From IMG/VR virus record IMGVR_UViG_2585427727_000015: 40,634 nt of DNA; one strand, 5' to 3'. A model generated the notes under the pieces. It saw nothing but the letters and a program-made list of their open reading frames with translations, was not told the origin of the DNA and ran no database searches. Of this stretch, positions 24,910 to 34,517 are shown piece by piece (positions within the stretch are counted from its first letter, which is position 1; each line of letters starts with the position of its first letter). Origin of the DNA: a virus. Taxonomy: Duplodnaviria > Heunggongvirae > Uroviricota > Caudoviricetes. The position numbers were made by a program, and so were the translations under genes.

Positions 24910-27422
24910 TGCCAGTCGTACCAACAGTATCCGGCCGTCAGGTTCAGAGCCGTGGAGTTCAGTCAGCAGGCTTGCAGACGTTTTCTCAGCCAGGTATTGG
25001 TGATGCTTTTGTTCGGGCAGGGACAGAGGCAATTGATGTTTTTGGTCAGGCAAAACAGCGTGCCAATATCGCTCTGGCTCAGGAGGCATCTCTTAACCTC
25101 AGTCAGATAAGCAGTGATCTGCTGAATAATCCTGAAACAGGATTGCTTAACCTGAAAGGGAAAAATGCTATTGGAAAAGGTCAGGAGTATACGCAGCAGT
25201 TTGATGCTCAGGTCGAACAACTGGCTATGTCGCTGCCGGATGAACAGGCTCGTAATGCTTTCATGCAGCAGGCGCAGCAGCAGCGCATTCAGTTCACTAC
25301 GCAGGCAGGGCGGCACGAGATAGGGCAAATAAATGCCTACGAAGAAGGCCAGTTTCAGGCTACGCTGCTGAACAATGGTAAAAATGCCGCAGCATTGTAT
25401 GGCGACAACGCCGCATACGTATTGGCTAATAAGCAAACTTTCCAGCAAATTGAGGATTACGGCATTGCACATGGCTGGAGTGACGAGCAAATCCAGGCCA
25501 AGAAAATCGAGTTTAAAGAGAAGGTTGCTGATGCTGCATTGTCCCAGTGGTCGGCAAACAATGCGACCGCATTCATCCAAAGTAATGGCGAGTTAAGTGA
25601 TACTGCTGCTGGAGCTCGCCGTGCTGTAGCAGATAGTGACTCTTCCGAGCGTGCCCGTGGCATACGCAACAATAACCCAGGAAATCTCGAATACAGCAAA
25701 ACTAATCCGTGGGTAGGCCAGACCGGTGATGATGGTCGATTTGCTAAATTCGAAACACCTGAACACGGGATTCGTGCATTAGGGCGGAACCTGATGTCGT
25801 ATCAGAGGCAGGGTATTGATACCGTCAGCGAGATAATTAATCGCTGGGCACCGCCTACTGATAAAAATGACACTATGTCGTATATCAAAGCAGTGTGCGA
25901 ACAACTTGGCGTTTCTGCTGATGAGCCTCTCGATGCATCTAATCCTGATACCCTGAAGGCGCTTTGTGCAGCCATTATCCATCATGAGAACGGTAGCCAG
26001 CCATACAGTGATCAGCAGTTAACTGCTGGTGTCAGTGCAGCACTTGGTTTATCAACAATTCCAACCAACACCAAACGCTATACCGGTAATGCAGCATTCG
26101 ATGCGGCATCTCCTGAGGCGCAGGCAAGTTTTATGCGACAGGCGGATCAACTGCGTCGGCAGCAGCAGGCTGAATATAAAACGATGATTGACAGCCAGGT
26201 TCGCGATGCGACAGCTGCGTATATGCGTGGCGTTGAATTTCCTAACCCACCTGGTGAGGCTGATTTTATTGCAGCTTATGGAGTAAGAGAAGGAAACCTG
26301 CGATATACCGAGTTCAGAAATACGCAAATCGCCGGACAGTATATAGGCTCTTTCCGCAACATGCCGACAAGCAGCATTACAGCATATGTTGAGCAATTAC
26401 GCCCGGATACTGGTGAGACAGGGGAGGGTTATGCGGCACGAGCCGCTCTTTATGACAACGTTGTGTCGGCTGCAAGTCAGGTGATAAAGCAGCGACAGGC
26501 TGATCCTGTACAGTTCTCTCTTGCCGCCGGACAGGCAAAGCCTATCGACATGAGCAATAAGGATAACTTTGGACAGAGCGTTGCCTTGCGTGCTGCTCAG
26601 GTCAGTGACCTTGCTAAGTCATATGGCACTCCACTGACGTTCTTTTCCAAAGACGAGGCCAATCAGATCGGTGTTTTCTTTCGTGATGCGCCCGTTTCCC
26701 AACAGGCAGCATATCTCGATACCATCAGGCAGAGCACTGGTGGTGGGCAGGTGTATATGTCAGCACTACAGCAGATCAGTGCCAACGCTCCATCTGCTGC
26801 CGTTGCCGGGATACTGATGGATAAGCCAGGTGGTATTTTGGCAGAAAAAAACTGGTTTAATCCGGATGTTTCCGTGTCTCCTGAAACCGCTGCGCAGACA
26901 ATTCTTGCTGGCGCGGCGGCTCGTAAAGGTACTGATGACGCGAAAGGTATTCCGATGCCTAAAGATGCCGATCTCCGCCTTGAGTTTTCTGACATGGTGA
27001 AGGATGCATTTGCTGGTGATGCTCAGGGGGCATCAATGGCATACGAGATCGCAAAGGACTATTACGCTGGTGTGATGGCGAAAAAAGGCGTGGTATCAGG
27101 CGAAATTGACAATGATATCTGGAAACAGGCTGTTAACGTAGCTACAGGTGGCGTGCATGACTATAACGGAATGGGGAATGTTCTTTTGCCGTGGGGAATG
27201 TCTGCAGAGCAATTCGATAAGCAGGTTAATCAGGCTTGGAATGAACAAGTTGTTGGCACAGGGATAAAAACACCGCCTGGTCAGTATGGTTTGCAAAGTT
27301 ACGGCGATAGTCAGTACCTGGTGAAACTTGGTACTGGTTATCTGCTAAAAGATGATGGTTCTCCCGTTGTTCTTGATCTGACACAGAAGCGTCAGAGATT
27401 CTCCGGAGATATTCCGCAATGA
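24909..27422 (+). CDS. Internal virion/ejection protein (837 aa) with conserved NNNPGNL...W..RFAKF...GIRA motif (possible cell-wall-acting domain)
   Basis: ATG 24909 overlaps upstream TAA (TAATG); large Gln/Ala-rich protein in ejection-protein cluster. Confidence 0.55.
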   Translation: MPVVPTVSGRQVQSRGVQSAGLQTFSQPGIGDAFVRAGTEAIDVFGQAKQRANIALAQEASLNLSQISSDLLNNPETGLLNLKGKNAIGKGQEYTQQFDAQVEQLAMSLPDEQARNAFMQQAQQQRIQFTTQAGRHEIGQINAYEEGQFQATLLNNGKNAAALYGDNAAYVLANKQTFQQIEDYGIAHGWSDEQIQAKKIEFKEKVADAALSQWSANNATAFIQSNGELSDTAAGARRAVADSDSSERARGIRNNNPGNLEYSKTNPWVGQTGDDGRFAKFETPEHGIRALGRNLMSYQRQGIDTVSEIINRWAPPTDKNDTMSYIKAVCEQLGVSADEPLDASNPDTLKALCAAIIHHENGSQPYSDQQLTAGVSAALGLSTIPTNTKRYTGNAAFDAASPEAQASFMRQADQLRRQQQAEYKTMIDSQVRDATAAYMRGVEFPNPPGEADFIAAYGVREGNLRYTEFRNTQIAGQYIGSFRNMPTSSITAYVEQLRPDTGETGEGYAARAALYDNVVSAASQVIKQRQADPVQFSLAAGQAKPIDMSNKDNFGQSVALRAAQVSDLAKSYGTPLTFFSKDEANQIGVFFRDAPVSQQAAYLDTIRQSTGGGQVYMSALQQISANAPSAAVAGILMDKPGGILAEKNWFNPDVSVSPETAAQTILAGAAARKGTDDAKGIPMPKDADLRLEFSDMVKDAFAGDAQGASMAYEIAKDYYAGVMAKKGVVSGEIDNDIWKQAVNVATGGVHDYNGMGNVLLPWGMSAEQFDKQVNQAWNEQVVGTGIKTPPGQYGLQSYGDSQYLVKLGTGYLLKDDGSPVVLDLTQKRQRFSGDIPQ

Positions 27423-29221
27423 GTTACTTTGGCCTTAATCCAGTAAACCAGAATCAGCAGCTTGACGAAGCAGCATCAAATCCAGCTGGCTTTAACAGCG
27501 ATGTTGGTTTTTTCGACAATGCTGTAGGAGCGGCATTGTCTGGTTTGTACTCCGGGCTGGTGGCAAAGCCAGATCAGTTGCTCTGGGCAGGGATGGATAA
27601 AATCGTATCCCCGATTGCTCAGTTTGTTAACGAAAACACCTCGCTCAATGACACTTCAGTTTCATACATTGCCGAGCAGAGAAAACTAGCAGAGCAGCAG
27701 GTTAAGCGGCTGACGCCTGATGCCGCGACAACCGGAACCGCCGGGCAGGTTCTTTATGGGTTGTTCGATATGGGCGGGCAGGCTGTTATCGGTACAACGC
27801 TCGGTGGTCCGGTCGGAGGTGCTGCGGCGGTAACTTCGCTACAGGGTTTTTCTGAGTTTGAACGGCTGACAGCACAGGGTGTTGATTTCAGGACGGCGCA
27901 GGAAGCGGGATTAGTGCAGGGTATTACTGCTGGTGCCGGAACACTGATCCCTATGAGCCTCGGGTTACGTGCTGGTGGTGCGCTGGCGGAAGGTGTGGCG
28001 GCTCAGCTTGCGCGGACGGGTGAAAGTTCAGTGCGACGCGCCGCAGCAACAGCAGTACGTGCAACGCCAGATATTGCCTATGCCGCAGGTACAAATATTG
28101 CGTTCGGTATGGCACAGCGTGGGCTTACTGCAAAAACGCTTCGTGATGGTGGCTATAGCGAAATGGCTAACCAGTATGATGTGTTGGATCGACAGGCAAT
28201 TGCTATTGATGCTGTTCTTGGGGTGGCGTTTGGTGGTGTCGGCAGATTTATTAACTCTCGCGGCGAGTCTACAAGCGCACCAAATTTTTCACCAGTTGAT
28301 GTCGATGCTGCACTGGCGGCGAATGCCGCTCATCATGCTGAAATTGATATTGCTCCCGGCGTCCCGATCAACGTGCTTTCGCGCAATTCTCACATTCAGG
28401 CTCTGCGAAAAGCCATGTCTGATGTTAGCCAGGGGAGACCTGTAGACGTTGCCAGCATTGTTGAGTCTGCATCTTTCAGTGAAATTCCTGGGCGCAAGAG
28501 TCTGCTGTCTCAGGCAGTTAATGAGGCTCTGTCATCTGTAGATGATGGAGTAACGGCGCGCGCTATAGAAAATCGGTTGCTTGAAGAACAGGCCGCGCAG
28601 CTTTTGCCGCGTGGCGATAGACAGGTTTACCAGTCTGAAATCGCTAATAGCCAACGAATTATTGAAAATCTCACTGAACAGCGCGCACAAATTCTTGCAG
28701 AAGAGCCAACCGGTAGCGGTAAGGCTTTATCTCGTGCTCGATCAGATAAACAGGCCAGACTTCGCGATATTGATCAACGAATCCGGCAGGCACAAGAACG
28801 CCTGGAATTTTCCCGTAACGCGTTGGCACCGCACGAGCCTGGAGGTCAGTTTTTTGAAGCTCGAGCAGAACTGGCTCGGAGACAGCAGGCAGAAAGTGAA
28901 CTTAATGCTCAGGCTGTTTCATTCTATAAAACAGCAGAGGTCAGGACGCCAGACGAAGTAGCTCCTTTTGAGCCTGATAAAATATTGCAACAGGCAGAAC
29001 AAAAAATGATGGCGGATCAGGCAGGAGATATTGATCTGCGCATAGCTGAAGACTCGCTGCTTGAATCACCTGACATGATAATCACCGTGCTGGATGATGA
29101 TGGTAATCCACAATCGCGCAGCGCGCGTGAAGTACTGGATGAAGCGAACAGGGAAAGTGAGCAGGCAATACAGGATTCCAGCCTGTTTGATGTCGCTGTG
29201 GCGTGTTTCTTGAGAGGTTAA
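27419..29221 (+). CDS. Internal virion/ejection protein (600 aa)
   Basis: ATGA overlap with upstream gene; Gly/Ala-rich N-terminus, coiled-coil C-terminus. Confidence 0.55.
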   Translation: MSYFGLNPVNQNQQLDEAASNPAGFNSDVGFFDNAVGAALSGLYSGLVAKPDQLLWAGMDKIVSPIAQFVNENTSLNDTSVSYIAEQRKLAEQQVKRLTPDAATTGTAGQVLYGLFDMGGQAVIGTTLGGPVGGAAAVTSLQGFSEFERLTAQGVDFRTAQEAGLVQGITAGAGTLIPMSLGLRAGGALAEGVAAQLARTGESSVRRAAATAVRATPDIAYAAGTNIAFGMAQRGLTAKTLRDGGYSEMANQYDVLDRQAIAIDAVLGVAFGGVGRFINSRGESTSAPNFSPVDVDAALAANAAHHAEIDIAPGVPINVLSRNSHIQALRKAMSDVSQGRPVDVASIVESASFSEIPGRKSLLSQAVNEALSSVDDGVTARAIENRLLEEQAAQLLPRGDRQVYQSEIANSQRIIENLTEQRAQILAEEPTGSGKALSRARSDKQARLRDIDQRIRQAQERLEFSRNALAPHEPGGQFFEARAELARRQQAESELNAQAVSFYKTAEVRTPDEVAPFEPDKILQQAEQKMMADQAGDIDLRIAEDSLLESPDMIITVLDDDGNPQSRSAREVLDEANRESEQAIQDSSLFDVAVACFLRG

Positions 29222-29226
29222 ATTAA

Positions 29227-31701
29227 ATGAGACAGGAATGTATACAAGCGGTCCAGCAGGCGGCGCAGCGCACATTAACGGCGCGAGAAATACAGAACAT
29301 TGAAGACCGCATTTATCGAAATATGCGCTCCATTGCTCGTGATGACCCGATGTCGTGGAGACAACTTTCCGAATCAGAGCGGCTATATCGTGCAGCACAA
29401 TTGGCATCTGAAGAATTACAGCTAGAAGCGGCATTAAAGAAACGTCGTGTGGCCCTCACTATAGCCGCACGTCAGAGATTGGATAAATTTATCAATAGCT
29501 ATCAAGGGGCTGATGGGAAACTTGGCGCTCTTAACCGTACTATTGCTTTTAATGCAGACGGTAAATCGAATTTCCTCTCTGTTGAATCCAGAACAAAAGC
29601 CACTCGTGATTATGCATTGAGTCAATTGCAGGAGGCATTTGAAGCAGTTGATCCTCGCTTTTTTGGCCTGTTTGAAGATGAAGCTGGCGTGCGTGACCTG
29701 GTATATGAAATGCGAGGGCAAAATACTGGCAATGCTAAAGCAAGAAAAGGTGCTAAGGCGTGGAGAGAAGTGACAGAGCTACTGCGCCGCCGGTTTAATG
29801 ATGCTGGTGGGGACATTGGCTATCTCGAAAACTGGGGGATCCCTCAACATCATTCTATGGAAAAGGTTGGGGCGGTATCAAAGGATAAGTGGGTTAGCGA
29901 TGTTATAGGTAAGCTGGATCGCAAATATTATATCCGAGCCGATGGACAACTGATGAACGATGCCGAGTTGTCTTCATTTCTTGGAGAGGCTTATAACACG
30001 ATCGCTACTGGTGGGCTGAATAAGCTTACTGATACCGGAATGCGAATTTCCGGCGCACGTGCTAACCGTGGTAATGCATCACGACAGATACATTTCAAAG
30101 ATGCAGATTCCTATCTGCAATATCAACAACTTTATGGCGATCGCTCTCTATGGGAAATCATGGTCGGTCACCTGGAAGGTATCAGTAAAGATATTGCACT
30201 GGTGGAAACATATGGCCCAAACCCCGATCATGTTTTCCGCTCTCTTCTTGATCAGGTGAAGGCAGAAACGGCAACAGCTAACCCGAGTAAAACCGGTAAA
30301 GTCGAGCGGCTGGCGAACAACACAGAGAATCTGTACAACTTTATTTCCGGAAAGACACAGCCTGTAGCGAATCCGCACATCGCGCGATGGTCTGACAATA
30401 TCCGCAACTGGCTGGTTGCCAGCAGACTCGGATCCGCGTTGCTATCATCGTTCTCTGATCTTGGAACCATGTATCTGTCTGCGAAGGTGACCAACCTTCC
30501 AATGAACCAGTTATTCCGCAACCAGCTTGAAGCTATGGACCCAACGAACCGTACAGAACTTGCGCGGGCGCGCCGCGCTGGTCTGGCAATGGAATCTCTA
30601 CTTGGCAGCGTTAACCGCTGGGCGATGGATAATATGGGGCCGTCAGTGTCTCGTTGGGCAGCAACGGCGGTAATGCGTGCCAGTGGGCTTACAGCATGGT
30701 CAGATGCGCACAAGCGCGCCTATGGCGTAACCATGATGGGAAGCCTGGGAGAAGTAGTGTCACGGACACCAGACCTTCGTAGCCTCGATGACTCTGATTT
30801 TCGTATCCTGAAAAGCAAAGGGATTACTGACACAGACTGGAGCGTATGGAAGCTGGCGCAACAGGAGGACTGGGGGAACGGTAATAATACGATGCTGACA
30901 CCGGAAAGCATTATGCGTATCCCTGATTCAGCAGTTAAACATCTTGGTGAGCCTGAACGCGTGAAATTTGAGGCAATGCGTAAACTGCTCGGTGCCGTAA
31001 CTGAAGAAGTTGATATGGCTGTTATTACACCGGGAGCACGTGAGCAACTGATAACCGGTTCTGGTATTCAGCGTGGAACATGGAAAGGTGAATTAACGAG
31101 AAGTGTTTTCCTGTTTAAATCGTTCCCTATCTCGGTGGTTATGCGTCACTGGTCACGCGCTATGGGTATGCCGTCTGCTGGTGGGCGTGCGGCATATATT
31201 GCGACGTTTATTGCCAGTACGACCATTCTTGGCGCTTTGTCGCAGCAACTTAACGACCTTGCGTCTGGTCGTAATCCTCGCGAGATGACAGGAGAAGATG
31301 CTGCTAAATTTTGGCTTGGTGCTCTACTGAAAGGTGGTGGTCTTGGCCTTTACGGTGACTTTTTATTGTCAGATCACACTAGGTACGGAAGCGGCGCGCT
31401 GGCGTCGATGCTTGGCCCGGTAGCTGTCCTGGTTGATGACGTAGTGAAGATAGCTCAGGGCATACCATTAAATGCTGTGGAAGGGAAGAACGAGCAGACT
31501 GGTGGTGATCTGGTGAAACTTGGGAAAGGGCTGATGCCAGGTGCGAATCTCTGGTACTTGAAGGCAGCTCTTGATCACATGATCTTTAACCAGATGCAGG
31601 AGTATTTTTCACCAGGCTATTTGCGTAAAATGGAGCAACGTTCGAAGAAAGAGTTTAACCAGACATACTGGTGGCGACCTCAGGATGTCACTCCGCAATA
31701 A
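29227..31701 (+). CDS. Internal virion/ejection protein (824 aa)
   Basis: Large ORF directly following; position analogous to T7 gp15/gp16-type core proteins. Confidence 0.55.
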   Translation: MRQECIQAVQQAAQRTLTAREIQNIEDRIYRNMRSIARDDPMSWRQLSESERLYRAAQLASEELQLEAALKKRRVALTIAARQRLDKFINSYQGADGKLGALNRTIAFNADGKSNFLSVESRTKATRDYALSQLQEAFEAVDPRFFGLFEDEAGVRDLVYEMRGQNTGNAKARKGAKAWREVTELLRRRFNDAGGDIGYLENWGIPQHHSMEKVGAVSKDKWVSDVIGKLDRKYYIRADGQLMNDAELSSFLGEAYNTIATGGLNKLTDTGMRISGARANRGNASRQIHFKDADSYLQYQQLYGDRSLWEIMVGHLEGISKDIALVETYGPNPDHVFRSLLDQVKAETATANPSKTGKVERLANNTENLYNFISGKTQPVANPHIARWSDNIRNWLVASRLGSALLSSFSDLGTMYLSAKVTNLPMNQLFRNQLEAMDPTNRTELARARRAGLAMESLLGSVNRWAMDNMGPSVSRWAATAVMRASGLTAWSDAHKRAYGVTMMGSLGEVVSRTPDLRSLDDSDFRILKSKGITDTDWSVWKLAQQEDWGNGNNTMLTPESIMRIPDSAVKHLGEPERVKFEAMRKLLGAVTEEVDMAVITPGAREQLITGSGIQRGTWKGELTRSVFLFKSFPISVVMRHWSRAMGMPSAGGRAAYIATFIASTTILGALSQQLNDLASGRNPREMTGEDAAKFWLGALLKGGGLGLYGDFLLSDHTRYGSGALASMLGPVAVLVDDVVKIAQGIPLNAVEGKNEQTGGDLVKLGKGLMPGANLWYLKAALDHMIFNQMQEYFSPGYLRKMEQRSKKEFNQTYWWRPQDVTPQ

Positions 31702-31710
31702 GGAAGTGTT

Positions 31711-31884
31711 GTGTTTTTAATTATTTTGAGTGTGATAATTTCTGGTGGGCTGTTATTTATTGACCGCTACAAATATTTTCTTAACCCTCAGACTCAAGCT
31801 ATTTGCTGGTTCATCTTTGTTGTGCAGGGAGTAGTTCTTGTTGCAAGCCTTATTGAGGGGAGGCCTCTGATTTTTACTGGGTAA
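31711..31884 (+). CDS. Small hydrophobic protein (57 aa, GTG start), tentative
   Basis: AGGAAG SD 4 nt before GTG 31711; predicted single/double TM; below ORF-track threshold. Confidence 0.3.
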   Translation: MFLIILSVIISGGLLFIDRYKYFLNPQTQAICWFIFVVQGVVLVASLIEGRPLIFTG

Positions 31885-31896
31885 ATAGGTGACTAC

Positions 31897-32193
31897 ATGC
31901 AAGCTATAGGATTCATTGTTTATATCGTCGTTGGTCTTTTTCAGTTGGCAGCAATTATGGCTGGGCTTGAATCATGGTGGGGATTGCACTGGATAATTGC
32001 AGCCCCCATTGCTTTCATCGTGAGCTATATTCCATTTGTTGGAGCGATTGTTGGTATGGTTGGCGCTGTGGATGTATGGCGGTGGGAGTGGTGGCAGGCT
32101 GGCCTTCTCTTCTTTGGTGGGATCATCTTTGCTATTGTCTGCGGTGGAATGTCATCATTTTTCGAATGGCTATCATTCAGAAAAAGAGCGTGA
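31897..32193 (+). CDS. Integral membrane protein (98 aa, 3-4 predicted TM segments)
   Basis: AGGTGA SD; Trp-rich hydrophobic sequence; stop codon inside palindrome GTGACATGTCAC. Confidence 0.55.
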   Translation: MQAIGFIVYIVVGLFQLAAIMAGLESWWGLHWIIAAPIAFIVSYIPFVGAIVGMVGAVDVWRWEWWQAGLLFFGGIIFAIVCGGMSSFFEWLSFRKRA

Positions 32194-32201
32194 CATGTCA
32201 C
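32190..32201. repeat. 12-bp perfect palindrome GTGACATGTCAC (copy 2 of 2)
   Basis: Identical to 11950-11961. Confidence 0.8.
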
Positions 32202-32226
32202 AGGCCGCTTTCGCGGCCTTGTTTTT
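32202..32226 (+). terminator. Rho-independent terminator ending the ejection-protein operon
   Basis: AGGCCGC-TTTC-GCGGCCT followed by TGTTTTT. Confidence 0.7.
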
Positions 32227-32386
32227 AACGAATGCCACCGCCGCCCGGGCGGGAATCCGCAGAACGCCCACCGCAGCGGGAGCCGTCAGCGGCAGTATCG
32301 CTGTCGTGCTGACAACGACCGGCAAAGGCCTGAGTTGAAGCTACCAGAGACAACAAAACGAACAGTGCAGCAAATGCTTTTTTCAT
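32225..32386 (-). CDS. Small putative secreted peptide (53 aa with signal-peptide-like N-terminus), tentative
   Basis: MKKAFAALFVLLSLVASTQA; candidate minus-strand promoter TTGACG-N16-TATAGA just upstream. Confidence 0.25.
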   Translation of the reverse strand: MKKAFAALFVLLSLVASTQAFAGRCQHDSDTAADGSRCGGRSADSRPGGGGIR

Positions 32387-32458
32387 TGTGAAATTTCCAT
32401 CTATAAGCCACCTCAATGTGGCGTCAATGAGTGTAGCACTGACTTTTGTTTCGTCCAC

Positions 32459-32479
32459 AAAAAAGCCCGCGCTGCGGGC
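32459..32479 (-). terminator. Rho-independent terminator of the 210-aa orphan gene
   Basis: Minus strand GCCCGC-AGC-GCGGGC followed by T6. Confidence 0.7.
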
Positions 32480-32484
32480 TTCTA

Positions 32485-33117
32485 TTAATGCAGTTTATCT
32501 TTGCTTATAACCAGTAGTCTGTGGGTATGCACATCTTTATCACTGCCCCAACAGAAATCAGCCCACTGGCTATAGAAATCATCCCATGATGCCATGAAGC
32601 TAAGAGGTCTATCTTCTTCAGAGCCATCTGAAACGTATACATTATATCCTGGGGTGTTTATAGCCCAAGAAATCATTCTTTCCCAGAATCTTCTCCCATC
32701 GATTGTTTGTTGCTCATCAGATACAACGATCGCATATTGCTCTAGGAAGAACTGAAAAAAAATCTGAGGCAAACCATGAACAGCACGGTCATGAATAACA
32801 TTAGGCGTACGCCATACCATGATCTGCGTACATGTTCTTTTGGCTTCGACGATATCTTCCCGAAAGATTAACTTAACCGCATACACCGTTTCTGGAGTAT
32901 CGCTGGTAGTAATCATTCTGTAATGATCGCCATTACAAGATTTTACAAGGCGATAACCATAAGGTGTTGTGAATCCCGGAAGAACGAAATCAACCACACC
33001 TTTCGCTAAGTAGCTTTCGGTGTGACTAGTGTTCTTCTCAGACATGTTCAGTTTTCTATCGAAATCTGCTTCTGGGATAATGTATGGCATCGCTTTTCTT
33101 GTTGTATTTGTTCTCAT
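32485..33117 (-). CDS. Orphan hypothetical protein (210 aa), own repressible promoter and terminator
   Basis: Strong SD GGGAGGA 5 nt before ATG 33117; no recognised motif. Confidence 0.6.
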   Translation of the reverse strand: MRTNTTRKAMPYIIPEADFDRKLNMSEKNTSHTESYLAKGVVDFVLPGFTTPYGYRLVKSCNGDHYRMITTSDTPETVYAVKLIFREDIVEAKRTCTQIMVWRTPNVIHDRAVHGLPQIFFQFFLEQYAIVVSDEQQTIDGRRFWERMISWAINTPGYNVYVSDGSEEDRPLSFMASWDDFYSQWADFCWGSDKDVHTHRLLVISKDKLH

Positions 33118-33176
33118 TTCGTCCTCCCATGTTTGGCTACAGGACGCGTTTTGAAGGGAAGATTAAAAATGCTTTC

Positions 33177-33219
33177 TTACCCTTGAGGTAATAGTACGCT
33201 ATTCACCCCCAGTCTGCAA
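33177..33219 (-). promoter_or_regulatory. Promoter TTGCAG-N17-TACTAT with operator TTACCCTTGAGGTAA at +1
   Basis: Minus-strand -35 at 33214-33219, -10 at 33191-33196, perfect palindrome 33177-33191. Confidence 0.55.
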
Positions 33220-33228
33220 TCTGTACAG

Positions 33229-33255
33229 AATTATTTAAAGGCACATCCCTGTGCC
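33229..33255 (-). terminator. Rho-independent terminator downstream of ant
   Basis: Minus strand GGCACA-GGGA-TGTGCC followed by TTTAAATAATT. Confidence 0.5.
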
Positions 33256-33263
33256 GCCGCCCG

Positions 33264-33920
33264 TCAGAAGAACCCTGCCTTGTCGTTGATGTACTCCGCG
33301 TGCGTCTGGATATCACGCAGGCATTTGCTCACACCAACGATGTAGCAGAACATGGTGGTCAGCTCCGCCGCCGCGCCCGATACGTCATGCCCGTCTTCCT
33401 GTAACTGGTTCAGCAAATTCATCAGCAGTGAGTTCTCCGTCAGGCCGAGAACACCAGACGGCGAATGAATCAGGCTCCGGTAGCCGGGCTTCAGCGGTGC
33501 ACTGTATTCTTTTTTGTCTTCCAGCTTGATCGCCTCCATAATGGCGGGCATGAAGCCTGACAAGACCTTCTCCACTTTTGTTTCTTGTTGTCTTAAACGT
33601 TTCTCGCATTCAATGAAGTAGCGTCGCACCTGGCGACCTTTTTCGTTACGCTCGACCATCGCCAGCTCTTTGGCTGTATCAAGGGTGAGGTGGTACTCTT
33701 TGCGGTTGTGTCCGCCTCTACCAGATGTTTGCTTTCCCAAATTGGAAAGCAAAATATAGTCTTGATTTTCAATGAATTCGTATTCTGAAATGCGATTTGT
33801 AATCCATGCTGCAAACACCTTTTTAACACCTAAAAAAGCGTGCAGATCGCGGGCATTACAAAGTAGGGCTGTTTCGTTAGATATAGTGCCGTTGAATACG
33901 GGGATGAGTTGAGCGTTCAT
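33264..33920 (-). CDS. ant: Antirepressor, AntA/AntB N-terminal domain family
   Basis: 218-aa ORF; N-terminal [39 protein letters not shown]...[27 protein letters not shown] matches the AntA/AntB antirepressor domain pattern. Confidence 0.7.
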   Translation of the reverse strand: MNAQLIPVFNGTISNETALLCNARDLHAFLGVKKVFAAWITNRISEYEFIENQDYILLSNLGKQTSGRGGHNRKEYHLTLDTAKELAMVERNEKGRQVRRYFIECEKRLRQQETKVEKVLSGFMPAIMEAIKLEDKKEYSAPLKPGYRSLIHSPSGVLGLTENSLLMNLLNQLQEDGHDVSGAAAELTTMFCYIVGVSKCLRDIQTHAEYINDKAGFF

Positions 33921-34078
33921 GATGGCGTCTCCACTTAGCGAATTACATCACCACCGCTGAGACCAATCAGATGGTGGTGAACTGAACGGAGTTGGTCTTA
34001 CCGGCCTAAGTGGTACCGGCGTCCTTTCGGACCCCCATTCAGCCCACCATAATTCTGGCATGACTGTGCTATACGCAT

Positions 34079-34234
34079 AAAAAAACCACGTCTGGCGTGG
34101 TATGCGCCACTTAGTAATCCGGGAGACCAATCCCGGCACTGGATTTTGCCAGTGCCTGATTACTATGGCACAAGAGGAGTGCGATGTAAATTTACCGCAA
34201 AGGTAAATATAAGCACTCCACTTGGTAATTGCAA
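34079..34234 (-). promoter_or_regulatory. Promoter (TTGCAA-N17-TATATT) + operator at +1 (34192-34206) + structured leader + intrinsic terminator (34079-34100) upstream of ant; candidate attenuator or about 120-nt sRNA
   Basis: -35 34229-34234, -10 34206-34211 on minus strand; two-hairpin element 34113-34164; terminator CCACG-CCAGA-CGTGG + T7 at 34079-34100. Confidence 0.45.
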
Positions 34235-34237
34235 ACC

Positions 34238-34495
34238 TTATCTGGTTTGCTTTCGTAATTGTTCGGCACAATAGTCGAGATGTGTTTGCAGATCCTGCAT
34301 AGACATCTGTGAGCTGGTGACGTAGTTAATCAGTGCAGTCAGTTCGGCAAGTGGGCCATCGACATTAAATCCATCCTTATCGAGATCCCGGAGTAATTTC
34401 ATCAAGTGCGATCCCTCCACCAGTGACCTGACGCCTCCCGGCGTGTGAATCCTTTCGGTAAATCCGTCTTCCAGTGGATAGTTATACTGCTGCAT
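34238..34495 (-). CDS. Small protein (85 aa; 90 aa if started at 34510) homologous to the C-terminal domain of the adjacent Ant; LexA-box-controlled
   Basis: HTPGGVRSLVEGSHLMKLLRDLDKDGFNVDGPLAELTAL...MQDLQTHLDYC aligns with Ant residues [39 protein letters not shown]...[11 protein letters not shown]; SD GGAGAAG before ATG 34495. Confidence 0.6.
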   Translation of the reverse strand: MQQYNYPLEDGFTERIHTPGGVRSLVEGSHLMKLLRDLDKDGFNVDGPLAELTALINYVTSSQMSMQDLQTHLDYCAEQLRKQTR

Positions 34496-34517
34496 CTTAA
34501 TCTTCTCCATGCAATAA

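Noticed and set aside
32196-32338. Plus-strand ORF MSQAAFAA starting inside the palindrome
   Set aside because: Its coding sequence would run through the plus-strand terminator hairpin at 32202-32226; the minus-strand signal-peptide ORF with its own promoter is more plausible, though still weak.
33221-33228. CTGTACAG palindrome as a second LexA box
   Set aside because: Half-sites are adjacent with no 8-bp spacer; it does not fit CTGT-N8-ACAG.
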